In this document: positions 23,474 to 33,177 of the stretch, piece after piece
Layout of the letters: every line of letters begins with the position of its first letter
How positions within the stretch are numbered: position 1 is the first letter of the stretch
Virus record (IMG/VR): IMGVR_UViG_3300045988_055277
Location: 1-37,379 of that record
DNA: 37,379 bases
Reading direction: 5' to 3' (one strand)
Origin: a virus
Translations under genes and position numbers: made by a program
The notes under the pieces: model-generated
Seen by the model: the letters and a program-made list of their open reading frames with translations, nothing else
The model's database searches: none
Told to the model about the DNA's origin: nothing

Positions 23474-24286
23474 ATGCCGACGGTACAGGCTGTGGTGGCG
23501 CTGCTGGAGGGCGAGCGGGGCTATCTGGAAAAGAAGTCCAACGCCCAGCTGGACAGCAAGACCGCCAACGCGGGGTATAACAACTACACCAAGTATACGC
23601 GGGACATCGACGCGGCGGGCATCAACGACGCCAAATATCAGGGGCAGGCGTGGTGCTGCAGTCTGGCCATCTGGCCGGAGCTGCACCTGTCCGGCGCGGC
23701 AGAGGCGCGGGAGCGGTTCTACCTGCCGGTGCCGTCCAAGTGCAAGGCGTACAACTGCGAGTGGCTGGCGGGGTATTTCCGCAGTGCCGGTGCGTGGTAT
23801 GCGGAGCCGCAGGTGGGAGACTTCATCTTCTTCCGCACGGCCCGGTACAGCTACGCCCATGTGGGCCGCGTGGTGGCGGTGGACAGCACGACGGTGTACA
23901 CCATCGAGGGCAACACCTCCGGCGACTATGGTGTGGTGGCAAACGGCGGCGGGGTGTTTCGCAAGTCGTATAGCCTCGGCTCGTGGAACATTGTTGGCTA
24001 CGGTCGCCCGAAGTGGAAGGGCGGCGAGCAGGACGACACCGGAAAGAAGGAGGACGTCAAGTTGGACATGAAGGTACGTATGCTCAAGCGCGGTATGAAG
24101 GGCGCAGACGTGAAGACCCTGCAAGCGGCGCTGATCGCCTACGGCTTTTCCTGCGGCGCGGCCGGTGCGGACGGCGACTTCGGCACCGGAACGGAGACGG
24201 CGCTGAAGAAGTTCCAGACCAAGTACGGCCTCGGCGCTGACGGTATCGCAGGAAAGGGGACTTGGGGCAAGCTGCTGGGGGAGTAA
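23474..24286 (+). CDS. Endolysin: N-terminal CHAP domain plus C-terminal PG_binding_1 domain.
   Basis: The CHAP segments are GQAWCCSLAIW (catalytic Cys) and YAHVGRVVAVD...TIEGNTS. The binding-domain segment is GADVKTLQAALIAYGF...DGDFGTGTETALKKFQTKYGLGADGIAGKGTWGKL. Confidence 0.93.
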   Translation: MPTVQAVVALLEGERGYLEKKSNAQLDSKTANAGYNNYTKYTRDIDAAGINDAKYQGQAWCCSLAIWPELHLSGAAEARERFYLPVPSKCKAYNCEWLAGYFRSAGAWYAEPQVGDFIFFRTARYSYAHVGRVVAVDSTTVYTIEGNTSGDYGVVANGGGVFRKSYSLGSWNIVGYGRPKWKGGEQDDTGKKEDVKLDMKVRMLKRGMKGADVKTLQAALIAYGFSCGAAGADGDFGTGTETALKKFQTKYGLGADGIAGKGTWGKLLGE

Positions 24287-24291
24287 ACAGA

Positions 24292-24325
24292 CAGGGGCGC
24301 CCCCGCACAACGCGGGAGCGCCCTG
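24292..24325 (+). other. GC-rich hairpin between the endolysin gene and the next gene.
   Basis: CAGGGGCGCCCCCGC-acaac-GCGGGAGCGCCCTG (about 13 bp, one bulge, one mismatch), with no U tract. Confidence 0.4.
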
Positions 24326-24349
24326 ACTGCATGAAAGAGAGGTAAGAAT

Positions 24350-25390
24350 ATGCCGAATCCGTATATTACGAAAAATAGCAAAATCCCCATTTCCGGCCCG
24401 AAGGCCTATATCGACGGCGGGGAGAAGAAAAAGAGTTCCTTTGCGCAGCAGGTGGCAAAGGCTAAGTCCTACACGCCGACAACCAGCCGTCCCGCAGGCT
24501 CCGGAAGTCTGTCCAGCGCCATCAAGGACAAGAAGAATATGTATCAGGCAAACGCCGCACCGTCTTCCGGCGGAACGGTGATCGGCGGCACCACGCAGGC
24601 ACCGGAAACGACGGTAGCAAGTGGGTACACCGGCAGCTCGTACAGCGGCGGCGTCAGTGATTTGAGCGATTATCTGCGCCAGCAGCAGGCGGCGGCCACG
24701 GAGGCGGCGCTGGCGGGTCTGAAGGGCGCGTATGAGAAAAACGCCCGGCTGTATGACGATCAGCGGCGGCAACTTGCCCCCATGTACGCGGCACAGCGAA
24801 ATGCGCTGGCGGCAGATGTGGCGCAGCGGCGCAGAGACTACGACGAGCGTGCGCTGGCCAGCGGACTGAACACCGGCACGGCGGGGCAGGCAGACCTTGC
24901 GAGAAGCAGCGTGCTGACGCAAGGTATGGCGAACATCGGCGAGGCGGAGGCGGACGCACTGGCGCAGATCGATCTTGCCAGAAGCCAGCTGCAGGCAGAG
25001 TATGAGAATGCCATTGCCCAGCAGAAGGCGGAGGACAGCGCCGCACTGATGAAGATGCTGTATGAGGAGGCTGTGCGGGTGCAGAACGCCCGAATGGCGG
25101 AGGCACAGGCGGCGGCGCGCTCCTATTCCGCAGGCGGTTCCGGCAGCGGCAAACGGAGCTCCGGCGGCAGCAGCACCACGCAGACGGGGGCGTATCCCGG
25201 TAAGACGGGCAGGTCGTTCAATATCAACCTTGTACACGTACCCGGCTACGGAGAGGTGAGCTACAGCGACGCGGAGACACTGGAGAAGAACGGGTATATC
25301 AAGCTGCAGGGCGTGGATAAGAACGGCGAGCCTGTTTTTGCCAAGACCACGAAGAAGAACTATACGAACCCCATCAGAATGACCAGATAA
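24350..25390 (+). CDS. Hypothetical virion-associated protein (A/Q-rich coiled region).
   Basis: 346 aa with an RBS. It precedes the 1671-aa gene. Confidence 0.8.
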   Translation: MPNPYITKNSKIPISGPKAYIDGGEKKKSSFAQQVAKAKSYTPTTSRPAGSGSLSSAIKDKKNMYQANAAPSSGGTVIGGTTQAPETTVASGYTGSSYSGGVSDLSDYLRQQQAAATEAALAGLKGAYEKNARLYDDQRRQLAPMYAAQRNALAADVAQRRRDYDERALASGLNTGTAGQADLARSSVLTQGMANIGEAEADALAQIDLARSQLQAEYENAIAQQKAEDSAALMKMLYEEAVRVQNARMAEAQAAARSYSAGGSGSGKRSSGGSSTTQTGAYPGKTGRSFNINLVHVPGYGEVSYSDAETLEKNGYIKLQGVDKNGEPVFAKTTKKNYTNPIRMTR

Positions 25391-25402
25391 GGAGGGGGCA
25401 TC

Positions 25403-28400
25403 ATGCAGAAATTCACGGCGGGAGACGCAAGAGACCGCATTATGAGCCGGGCAAACGCGATGGGCGCCGTAGAGCAGTCGGACAGCTCGGCGGCACGAGA
25501 CCGCGTGCTCGCACGTGCGGCGAAGCTGGGCGAGGTGAGCGCGGCTTCGTCTGGCAGTCAGGCGGTCGGGACACAGGCCGCCGCACCAAAAAGCGAGGCG
25601 CAGCGCCGGGTGGACAACCTGCCTAATATCCACGCCTTTGGTGCCGGTGAGGATAAGGGCGCGGGAAAACTGCTGGAAAGAATATGGAAAACGGCGGCAT
25701 CCGGCGCTGTCGGCGCGGCAAGCGGGATCAGGGAGATCATGGCGCAGGCCTCGCCGGTAGACCGGGAGCAGCACATGGGGACCTTTTCCGGCTTCGGCGA
25801 CTTAGGCCGTGCGGTGTCGGTGAGCCGGGAGACGGGGGAGAGCCTTGACGAGGTGACAGACCGGCTGGAGAGGGAGCGCCAGCAGCGGCGGATCAAGGAG
25901 CGCCAGCGGATACAGGGCGAGGCTGACCAGCTGGCGGCTCTTAGCGGGCGGCTGCACAGCGAGGCAAAGGACGGCACCGGAAAGGTGGGCGGCTTTCTTG
26001 TTGACCTGGGCGTGGCCGGTACGCAGATGGCAGGCGATGCGCTGGCCAATGCGCTGCTGCCCGGCAGCGGCCTTGCACTGATGGGTATTCGCTCCTACGG
26101 ACAGTCCGCCGGAGAGGCGCGGCGCGCCGGACTGACGGAGGAGCAGCAGTTTGCATCCGGCCTGAAAAGTGCCTCCATCGAGATGCTGACGGAAAAGCTG
26201 TTCGGCGGTCTGGCAAAAGCCTATGGCGCAGGTACGGCAGATCAGGTGGTGGAGCAGATCGCGGACAAGCTGACAAGCAGCGAGGCGGGAAAGCGCGCGG
26301 CGGTCTGGCTTATCAACTCCGGCGGCGAGGGCTTGGAGGAGGTACTGTCAGACGTGCTGAATCCCGTCGCGGATCGGGCGCTGAATCTGGACGGGCTGGA
26401 TCCCAATGCGCCGCTGCGCTTCACAGCAGACGATGTGGCGCAGATGGGCTATGACTTCCTGCTGGGCTCGGCGATGGGCGCTATCGGCGGCTCCGGGCAG
26501 TTGAAGTCTGCCATTGATGCGCGAAAGGCCGAGAAAGCTGCTTTGCGCGGCGCACAGCAGCAGGGAGACGGTCAGGCCGCTACATTTGATGGGCAGAAAC
26601 AAAACGCCGCAGAGCGGGTTACAGGGCCGAACGCGGCAGAGGGAAATACAGCGCCCACACCGGCAGAGATGCCGGCGCAGGCGCTGGAAAGCTCCCCTGT
26701 GCAGGGCGCGGGGAATGGTCGTCAGCAAGTAGACGCGCCCCTTGCCCCTCTGGGCGTTTCAGCCACACAGGAGAGCAGCAACAGCGTACCACAGATCAAC
26801 GGCGAATACAAGGGGATCGACGAACTTTTGGGCGCCGCAAAGCGGAATCGCGCGCCCGCCCGCAATGTAGTGGATGTCATGCGGGGAATGACCCAGGAGG
26901 ATTTAGATCGGTTTACCGCCGAGAGTGAAGCAGGTAAATATGGGCTGGACGCCGCAGACAACTTCTTTCGCGTAAAGCCGGAGGAGCATATCGACAACCG
27001 GGAGAGCAGCACCGTTGGAGACCGGCGCATGAATGCCTTCCAGTTTGACCACCCGGAGCTGCACCCGTTCTACGTTGAGGCGGCAAGGCAGCTGCAGATG
27101 GATATGCAGAACGTGCAGCGAGGCGGAGAGGTGTACAGCGTGGCGGATCGGGACGGAGACTGGCGGCCGCGGTATCTGCGGACAAAGCGTGTTGCTTCGG
27201 ATGCCATTGTGGGGCTGAAGGACAGCGACCACCTGACCTATGCCCAGATCGACAAGGCGCTGTCCGACATCATCGCAGATCGCGGGCAGGAAAACTATGC
27301 CGCTGCAAAGCGGGTGGAGCTGGTGCTGGACAAGATGCTTTCCGAGGGGTACACCGCCAGCGACGGAGACTATGCGGCGAATCCCGAATATTTACAGCGA
27401 AAGGCAAATATCCTTGGCACGCAGACCGGCAGCGAGGATGTGGCCCGTGCCGACAGCGAGCGGACGTGGCGGCAGCGCCTGCAGCAGGCAGAGGACGGAA
27501 CTTTCGAAAATCAGGCAGACACGGACATCGCGGAGAAGTGGGCGCAGGCGGCGCGGCCGGAGGGCTGGGAGCAGCAGTACGAGGGGCAGGAGCCGCCGGC
27601 GCGGGAGACCTATGCACCGGAGGAAAGCCATGTCACGCCAGGAGGAGACGACGGACTGGGCGGCGCGGACAGGGGCAGCCTGAACAGCGACTTCCAGAAT
27701 ATGCAGGCAGGGAGTGACCGTTTCCATCCCGTAAATCGGAACGCAGGGGAAAGGATCCGCAGAGAGCAGAACCGCGCCCCCTCGGAGGTGCCGGAGGTGA
27801 ATCCGGAGACGAGAGAGAACATTACAAAGACGGTGAGCACGATCCTGAACGCGCCCATCACATCACCGGAGATGGCACCCATCATTGAGCAGAGCGTGGC
27901 AAATGGGCGCTTCGACTATGCCAAGGTGACGGATCAGGCGGCGATGGACACCGCCAACCGCGCTATCGACGCGCTGGGCGGCTACCAGAAGGCGGCAGCG
28001 AATTTCAACGCCAAGGTGGAGCTGGGACAGCGGGTCACGAAAGAGGACTACGCGCTGGGCGTGCAGTCCTATAACGAGGCAGTGAGCGCCGGAGACACGG
28101 CGCTGGCGCTGGAGCTGGCGGGGAATCTGGCGGATGCCGCGCACACAGGCGCACAGGTTACGCAGGCGGTGAACCTGCTGAACCGGCTGACACCGGCGGG
28201 AAAGCTGCTGACGCTGCGGCGGTATGTGGACAAGCTGAACCGCGAGAGCGCGCCCAAGCAGCAGAGGCGGGGCAACAATCTGACGGCAGATGAGCGGCGG
28301 GGTATGTTTGTAGACGAGGCGTACCAGCTGGGCGTGGACGAGCAGCTGGCCACGGACTATCTGATGGCAGAGACAGACGCGGCGCGGGCGGAGGCGTGGC

Positions 28401-30418
28401 AGGCGATCATTGACGATATCGCCAGCCGCGTGAAACCCACAGTCATGGAGAAGTGGAACTACTGGCGGTACACCTCCATGCTGACGAACCCTGTGACGCA
28501 TATCCGCAACATTGTGGGCAACAGCGTACAGGGGTTGATGCGGAGGACAAAAAACGCCGTGGGCGCGGCGCTGGAATCCGCCGCCAATGTAGACGCAGAG
28601 AGCCGCACCAAGGCACTGCTGAATCGCAGCGAGGCGGACAGGGCGCTGCGGGACTTTGCCAGTAAGCTGTATGAACACGAGGACAAGGCGCGGGCGATGG
28701 GCGCTGGCAAGTATACGGATGGTACGTCCGCCGGTATCGCGCGGGAGATCGAGAACGCCCGGAAGATGTTCGGCGAAAAGCACAAGGTCGGCGAGATCGT
28801 GCAGAAGGTGGGGGACAAGAACTCCCAGCTTCTGGACACGGAAGATGTGTGGTTCAACAAGCCCGCCTATGTGGATAGTCTGGCGCAGGCCATGAAGGCA
28901 AAGGGCGTCACGGCGGAGGAGGCGCGCGCAGGGGTAAAGCCGGAATTGATGGAACGCGCCAGAGAGTACGCCGTGCAGGAGGCGGCAAAGGCCACCTATC
29001 GTGACTTCAACGATTTCAGCAACATGATCAGCAAACTGGGCCATGTGAAGGAGAGCGACAACCCGGCGCAGCGGATTGCGGGATACGCCATTGACGCGGT
29101 GATGCCGTTCCGGCGGACGCCTGCCAATATTCTGGTGCGCGGCGTGGCGGATTACAGCCCTATTGGCCTGATGCGTGGCGTAAAGCAGGCGGTGGTGGAT
29201 GTGAAGGCTGGCACCAAGACAGCTTCCGAGGCCATCGACACCATCTCCACAGGTCTGACGGGAACAGGGATTCTGCTGCTGGGCGCGCTGCTGGCAAAAA
29301 ACGGCCTGCTGCACACCCGAGCCGGAGACGACGACGAGGAGGAGAGTTTCCTCAAGAGCATTGGCTATCAGGACTTCGCCCTGCAGATCGGCGACAGGAG
29401 CTATACGCTGGACTGGCTTGTGCCGGCGGCTATGCCGCTGTTCGCTGGGGCTGCCATCACGGAGGGCTTTGCCGACGACAAGAACGCGGCGGACGCCATC
29501 TGGGACGGCCTGACAGGTATCAGCGACGTAATGCTGAAAACGTCCATGCTGTCCTCGCTGGACAGTCTGCTGGAGAACGCGCAGTACGCCAACAACAAGC
29601 CATGGTATTACCTATCTTCCGCGCTGATCAACTATCTGTCGCAGGGTATCCCCACGGTGGGGGGCAAGATCGCCAACGTTCTGGACGACAAGGTGCGAAA
29701 GGCATTCGTGCCGGGGAGCGCCGGAGAGGTGGCCGGTGATCTGCTGTATGCGGGACAGAACGCACTACGGAAGATCCCCGGCGGGCGAAACGCCTTGCAG
29801 CCGATGGTGGATGTCTGGGGCAACGAGGTCAGCAACGGCGGCCTTGTGGATCGTCTGGCGGCGAGTTTCGTCTCCCCGGGATTTTTCAGCACCGTGCGGC
29901 ACGACGCGGTGACGGACGAGGTGCGACGGCTGGCGGAGCAGGTGGGCAGCGACGTATATCCTGAAAAGGCAAAGGGATCCTTTACGGTGAACGGCAAGAC
30001 CGTCTATCTGACGGGAGACCAGTACACGGCGTATGCCAAGGATCTGGGGCAGACGCGGCACGCGCTGCTGGAGGAGGCAATTTCCGCAAGGGGTTACAAG
30101 TCCATGAGCGACGAGGAAAAGGCGAAGATGGTAAGCACCATGTACGAGTACGCCAACGCCAAGGCCAAGAAGTCCATTGTGCCGGAATATCCCATGACAG
30201 GGGATATGGCGAAGTATGCGGCGGTGGAGAAGGCCGGCGTCAATCCGGCGGCGTGGTATGTGTTCCGGCATACCGCAGACCGGGACGGCAGCGGCGGCAT
30301 CTCGAAGGACGAGGCACAGGCAGCTCTTGACCGGATGGGGCTGACGCCGCGGGAAAAGGCTGCGGTCTGGCCGCTGATCAACAAGACGTGGGGCAAGACA
30401 AACCCCTACAAGAAATAA
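25403..30418 (+). CDS. Giant (1671 aa) virion-type protein, a putative internal/ejection or polyvalent structural protein.
   Basis: TAAGGAGGGGG RBS. Hydrophobic segments include ISTGLTGTGILLLGALLAKNGLL and LDWLVPAAMPLFAGAAIT. The C-terminus carries an EF-hand/dockerin-like loop, DRDGSGGISKDEAQAAL. Its size and position fit a podovirus internal protein. The function is inferred. Confidence 0.85.
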   Translation: MQKFTAGDARDRIMSRANAMGAVEQSDSSAARDRVLARAAKLGEVSAASSGSQAVGTQAAAPKSEAQRRVDNLPNIHAFGAGEDKGAGKLLERIWKTAASGAVGAASGIREIMAQASPVDREQHMGTFSGFGDLGRAVSVSRETGESLDEVTDRLERERQQRRIKERQRIQGEADQLAALSGRLHSEAKDGTGKVGGFLVDLGVAGTQMAGDALANALLPGSGLALMGIRSYGQSAGEARRAGLTEEQQFASGLKSASIEMLTEKLFGGLAKAYGAGTADQVVEQIADKLTSSEAGKRAAVWLINSGGEGLEEVLSDVLNPVADRALNLDGLDPNAPLRFTADDVAQMGYDFLLGSAMGAIGGSGQLKSAIDARKAEKAALRGAQQQGDGQAATFDGQKQNAAERVTGPNAAEGNTAPTPAEMPAQALESSPVQGAGNGRQQVDAPLAPLGVSATQESSNSVPQINGEYKGIDELLGAAKRNRAPARNVVDVMRGMTQEDLDRFTAESEAGKYGLDAADNFFRVKPEEHIDNRESSTVGDRRMNAFQFDHPELHPFYVEAARQLQMDMQNVQRGGEVYSVADRDGDWRPRYLRTKRVASDAIVGLKDSDHLTYAQIDKALSDIIADRGQENYAAAKRVELVLDKMLSEGYTASDGDYAANPEYLQRKANILGTQTGSEDVARADSERTWRQRLQQAEDGTFENQADTDIAEKWAQAARPEGWEQQYEGQEPPARETYAPEESHVTPGGDDGLGGADRGSLNSDFQNMQAGSDRFHPVNRNAGERIRREQNRAPSEVPEVNPETRENITKTVSTILNAPITSPEMAPIIEQSVANGRFDYAKVTDQAAMDTANRAIDALGGYQKAAANFNAKVELGQRVTKEDYALGVQSYNEAVSAGDTALALELAGNLADAAHTGAQVTQAVNLLNRLTPAGKLLTLRRYVDKLNRESAPKQQRRGNNLTADERRGMFVDEAYQLGVDEQLATDYLMAETDAARAEAWQAIIDDIASRVKPTVMEKWNYWRYTSMLTNPVTHIRNIVGNSVQGLMRRTKNAVGAALESAANVDAESRTKALLNRSEADRALRDFASKLYEHEDKARAMGAGKYTDGTSAGIAREIENARKMFGEKHKVGEIVQKVGDKNSQLLDTEDVWFNKPAYVDSLAQAMKAKGVTAEEARAGVKPELMERAREYAVQEAAKATYRDFNDFSNMISKLGHVKESDNPAQRIAGYAIDAVMPFRRTPANILVRGVADYSPIGLMRGVKQAVVDVKAGTKTASEAIDTISTGLTGTGILLLGALLAKNGLLHTRAGDDDEEESFLKSIGYQDFALQIGDRSYTLDWLVPAAMPLFAGAAITEGFADDKNAADAIWDGLTGISDVMLKTSMLSSLDSLLENAQYANNKPWYYLSSALINYLSQGIPTVGGKIANVLDDKVRKAFVPGSAGEVAGDLLYAGQNALRKIPGGRNALQPMVDVWGNEVSNGGLVDRLAASFVSPGFFSTVRHDAVTDEVRRLAEQVGSDVYPEKAKGSFTVNGKTVYLTGDQYTAYAKDLGQTRHALLEEAISARGYKSMSDEEKAKMVSTMYEYANAKAKKSIVPEYPMTGDMAKYAAVEKAGVNPAAWYVFRHTADRDGSGGISKDEAQAALDRMGLTPREKAAVWPLINKTWGKTNPYKK

Positions 30419-30452
30419 GAGAAAGCCACGCCGCAGGGCGTGGCTTTCTCTT
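30418..30452. terminator. Bidirectional terminator between the convergent late and early operons.
   Basis: AAGAGAAAGCCACGCC-gcag-GGCGTGGCTTTCTCTT (15-16 bp perfect), T-rich on both sides. Confidence 0.8.
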
Positions 30453-31416
30453 ATTTGGTATCACCGATCTGCATCGCCGCAGTCCTTTCTCTCTCCGTAG
30501 GAGCAGAAGTCATCAGGCTTTCGCATCTGTCAATTTCCGCCTCCGGATACTGCTCCAAAAGCGTGGTCTGCCGCGTCTTGCGCGGATGCGCAGTAGACCA
30601 TTCCTCGACGACCTTAACCACACTTGCCGGGTCATAATCGTAGCCGGGCGTGACCGCGCCGCTCTCGTACATCCTGTTTCGCTCCTGCAAAAACTTTACA
30701 GCGTCCATTTGCTCTTCCTCCATTTCTTTCAATACCTTCCGGATCACGTCCCCGCCGTAGGCGTCCTTGGTCAGCTCCAAGAACTCCCGCAGCGTCATAG
30801 TGGCATTCTCCACGTCAATGCCGTGGTCACGGGCAAACTGCCTGCGTCCCATGTCGCAGCTTCCTGTAAGCCGGTGGTGCCAGTCGTAGAAATACTGCGC
30901 CGGGTAGGCCTTGCCGTCCTCCGTCTCCCGCAGAAACGCCGCGATGCGCTCCTCCTCCGGCATATCCTCAAATAGCTTGTCGCGCAGGGCCTTCATGGCC
31001 TGGGCCAGCGTCTCCCCGTGGGCAAAGCAGTTGTCCTGCTTGACAACGTAGCAGGGAGTTGTGGTCAGATCGAGGTTCAGAATCACACCGTGCGCCACGT
31101 TCCCCCGCACATGGCGGAGGATCGTTGGAACATCGTCTATGGTATACACCGGTTCGCCGTTAAAGAACTTTATGCCGTAGCCGTAGCCGTAGCCGGAGCC
31201 GGAGCCGTAGCCGTAGCCGTCGCCGTAGCCGGAGCCGGAGCCGTCGCCGGAGCCGTAGCCGTAGCCGGAGCCGTAGCCGTAGCCGTCGCCGGAGCCGTCG
31301 CCGGAGCCGGAGCCGTCGCCGGAGCCGTCGCCGTAGCCGTCGCCGGAGCCGGAGCCGGAGCCGTCGCCGGAGCTTACAGACAGGAATGATTTGATTTTCT
31401 CCTCCAGCGCGCTCAT
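30451..31416 (-). CDS. Protein with an N-terminal (X-Gly)33 low-complexity array (X = S, D or Y) and a globular C-terminal region (hypothetical).
   Basis: The start is taken at MSALEEKIKS (an ATGA overlap with the upstream stop). After the array the sequence reads IKFFNGEPVYTIDDVPTILRHVRGNVAHGVILNLDLTTTPCYVVKQDNCFAHGETL... Confidence 0.85.
   Translation of the reverse strand: MSALEEKIKSFLSVSSGDGSGSGSGDGYGDGSGDGSGSGDGSGDGYGYGSGYGYGSGDGSGSGYGDGYGYGSGSGYGYGYGIKFFNGEPVYTIDDVPTILRHVRGNVAHGVILNLDLTTTPCYVVKQDNCFAHGETLAQAMKALRDKLFEDMPEEERIAAFLRETEDGKAYPAQYFYDWHHRLTGSCDMGRRQFARDHGIDVENATMTLREFLELTKDAYGGDVIRKVLKEMEEEQMDAVKFLQERNRMYESGAVTPGYDYDPASVVKVVEEWSTAHPRKTRQTTLLEQYPEAEIDRCESLMTSAPTERERTAAMQIGDTK
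31174..31371. repeat. Hexanucleotide-based repeat encoding a strict X-Gly dipeptide array (66 aa).
   Basis: ggagcc/gtagcc/gtcgcc units on the + strand. The + strand ORF 31018..31389 (AVAVAG...) is its antisense shadow. Confidence 0.9.
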
Positions 31417-31709
31417 CGCTTCCACTCCTTCACGCCGCTGATGGACGCCGCGGCCTTATCGGTGCAGGGGATCACCTGGATCACACCGGTCACATCCATC
31501 TCCGGCACCACCACGGTAAACTTGCAGTCGCCGGGGGTTTTTGTGCCGTCCATGGCCAGCTGCTCGATGGCGCACGCGCCGTTCCAGTACCACAGTTTGC
31601 GCACGTTGGTCATGGTAGCCTCTGTGCCGTGTCGTTCCTTGATACCACCGAAAAACACGCCTGCGCGGTCGCACCGCACGATGTACATCTGCTCTTTCTT
31701 CTCGTTCAT
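31413..31709 (-). CDS. Hypothetical protein (98 aa).
   Basis: GGAGGaaaagactATG, MNEKKEQMYIVRCDRAGVFFGGIKERHG...LWYWNGA... Confidence 0.75.
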   Translation of the reverse strand: MNEKKEQMYIVRCDRAGVFFGGIKERHGTEATMTNVRKLWYWNGACAIEQLAMDGTKTPGDCKFTVVVPEMDVTGVIQVIPCTDKAAASISGVKEWKR

Positions 31710-31754
31710 AGTCTTTTCCTCCGTATTTTTTAATTTCACCGGTTTCCCGGCGGT

Positions 31755-32093
31755 TTACTGTTTCCTTCTGCACCCGTCACAGGCGCCCTCGTGTGCTTGT
31801 TTGTACTTACCGCAGTATTGGCACAGCTCGTTGATAAGCGCTTTCCGGTCTGCCGTCATCTTCTCGATCTGCGCATCCCGCCGCAGAACGGTGTCCCGCA
31901 GGGCGGCGTTTGCCTGCATCAGTGCCTCGATGTGCCGCTGCTGGTTCTCGATCAGGTCAGCGGCGGCGGTATTTTTCTTCTGACTGCAATACTCATCGAG
32001 GCTGCTTGTGCCAAAAAACGCGCAATTCCCCTTGCAATTCGCTTCCGAGATTGCACAGCACCGCAGCGCGGTCACGATCTCATCTCTTGTCAT
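31755..32093 (-). CDS. Cys-rich coiled-coil protein (hypothetical).
   Basis: ATGA overlap with the upstream gene. MTRDEIVTALRCCAISEANCKGNCAFF...CQYCGKYKQAHEGACDGC. Confidence 0.75.
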   Translation of the reverse strand: MTRDEIVTALRCCAISEANCKGNCAFFGTSSLDEYCSQKKNTAAADLIENQQRHIEALMQANAALRDTVLRRDAQIEKMTADRKALINELCQYCGKYKQAHEGACDGCRRKQ

Positions 32094-32494
32094 GTCATTC
32101 CTCCTCTCGCATCTCCGCCCCACTGCTCTGCCATTGCTTTGGCGATGCCGGGGTTAAGCAAAAGCGCTTTAATTTCGCGAAGAAGGTCGAAAGCGCCGCT
32201 AATTGCCGAGATTTCAACAATTTTGCTTCCACCGCCGTCAATTCTCGCCCACTCAACAAACTTTGCAATGTCACGGCAGGAAATTCTCCCGAGCTCTGTT
32301 TCCGACCATTCGCGCTGTGTAGAATTTTCTGGGGGCGGATTTTGTCCGATAAGCCACCAGTCAGTGCCATATCTCCGCTGGAGCTTAAAGTAACAGTAGT
32401 CGTCTGGCTTGATCTCTACGTTGATAGTCTCAAACCAATCTAATGATGGCTGCGTATACGAAAACTTAAATGGTGCTTTAACAGACTGTGACAT
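32090..32494 (-). CDS. Hypothetical protein (134 aa), lower G+C.
   Basis: GGGAGGGAGtgaaATG. Confidence 0.75.
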   Translation of the reverse strand: MSQSVKAPFKFSYTQPSLDWFETINVEIKPDDYCYFKLQRRYGTDWWLIGQNPPPENSTQREWSETELGRISCRDIAKFVEWARIDGGGSKIVEISAISGAFDLLREIKALLLNPGIAKAMAEQWGGDARGGMT

Positions 32495-32495
32495 T

Positions 32496-33176
32496 TCACT
32501 CCCTCCCCTCGCAAATGTCCACGATGTGTTCGCACAGGGCGGGAGGAATCTTTGACCTTTCCATACTGTTCTTCAGCGCACTTGTTCCACCACGGGGAAG
32601 GATGATACCCATTTGCTTTGCCTTCCTGATGGTTGCCCCTCTTGGGCTTCTTTCGTGGCACGGATCACCGTTTTTGCAAATCGGCTTAAACTGCGGATCA
32701 GGATGGTTTGTCCAGATGTCAGTTGGCTTCATTCTTGTGTCACCATACTGGCAGTATGTAACCGTATAACGGGGAAGCCCCTGCATCCACGTCATCTTCC
32801 TCATACCGCCACGGGGATTTTCGATGAAGTAAAACTTCGGTTTCAGCTCACGGATAAGCTGTAAAACATGTTGATCGACCACATCACAGAATTTTGCATA
32901 ATCGCTGACAGGGTCAAGGTTGCCGGTAACGGCGTTCTTGCGCCTGTGATGGCTGATTGCCGCAATGCTGAATGTCGTGCAGTCCGGGCTTGCCCATATC
33001 ACATCCGGCCTTCCAAACCGCTGAACGATGTCATCAGCCGTGACCGTCATGATATCGGCATACAAGTCAATGTTTTCAAAGTGCTTGTCCCACTCGACAG
33101 AAAACACTTCGTGCCCACGCGCTTCAAACGCTTTGCCAATGCTCCGTGTCCCGGCAAATAACTCCAAAACTTTCAT
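32496..33176 (-). CDS. Compact DNA (cytosine-5)-methyltransferase, orphan.
   Basis: Motif I is VLELFAGTRSIG, motif IV ASPDCTTFS, motif VI FIENPRG and the C-terminal motif X-like segment RSKIPPALCEHI. It is only 226 aa, and no restriction gene is nearby. Confidence 0.85.
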   Translation of the reverse strand: MKVLELFAGTRSIGKAFEARGHEVFSVEWDKHFENIDLYADIMTVTADDIVQRFGRPDVIWASPDCTTFSIAAISHHRRKNAVTGNLDPVSDYAKFCDVVDQHVLQLIRELKPKFYFIENPRGGMRKMTWMQGLPRYTVTYCQYGDTRMKPTDIWTNHPDPQFKPICKNGDPCHERSPRGATIRKAKQMGIILPRGGTSALKNSMERSKIPPALCEHIVDICEGRE

Positions 33177-33177
33177 A

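Noticed and set aside
31018-31389. + strand ORF encoding AVAVAGAG repeats.
   Set aside because: It is the antisense shadow of the X-Gly repeat in the minus-strand gene 30451..31416.
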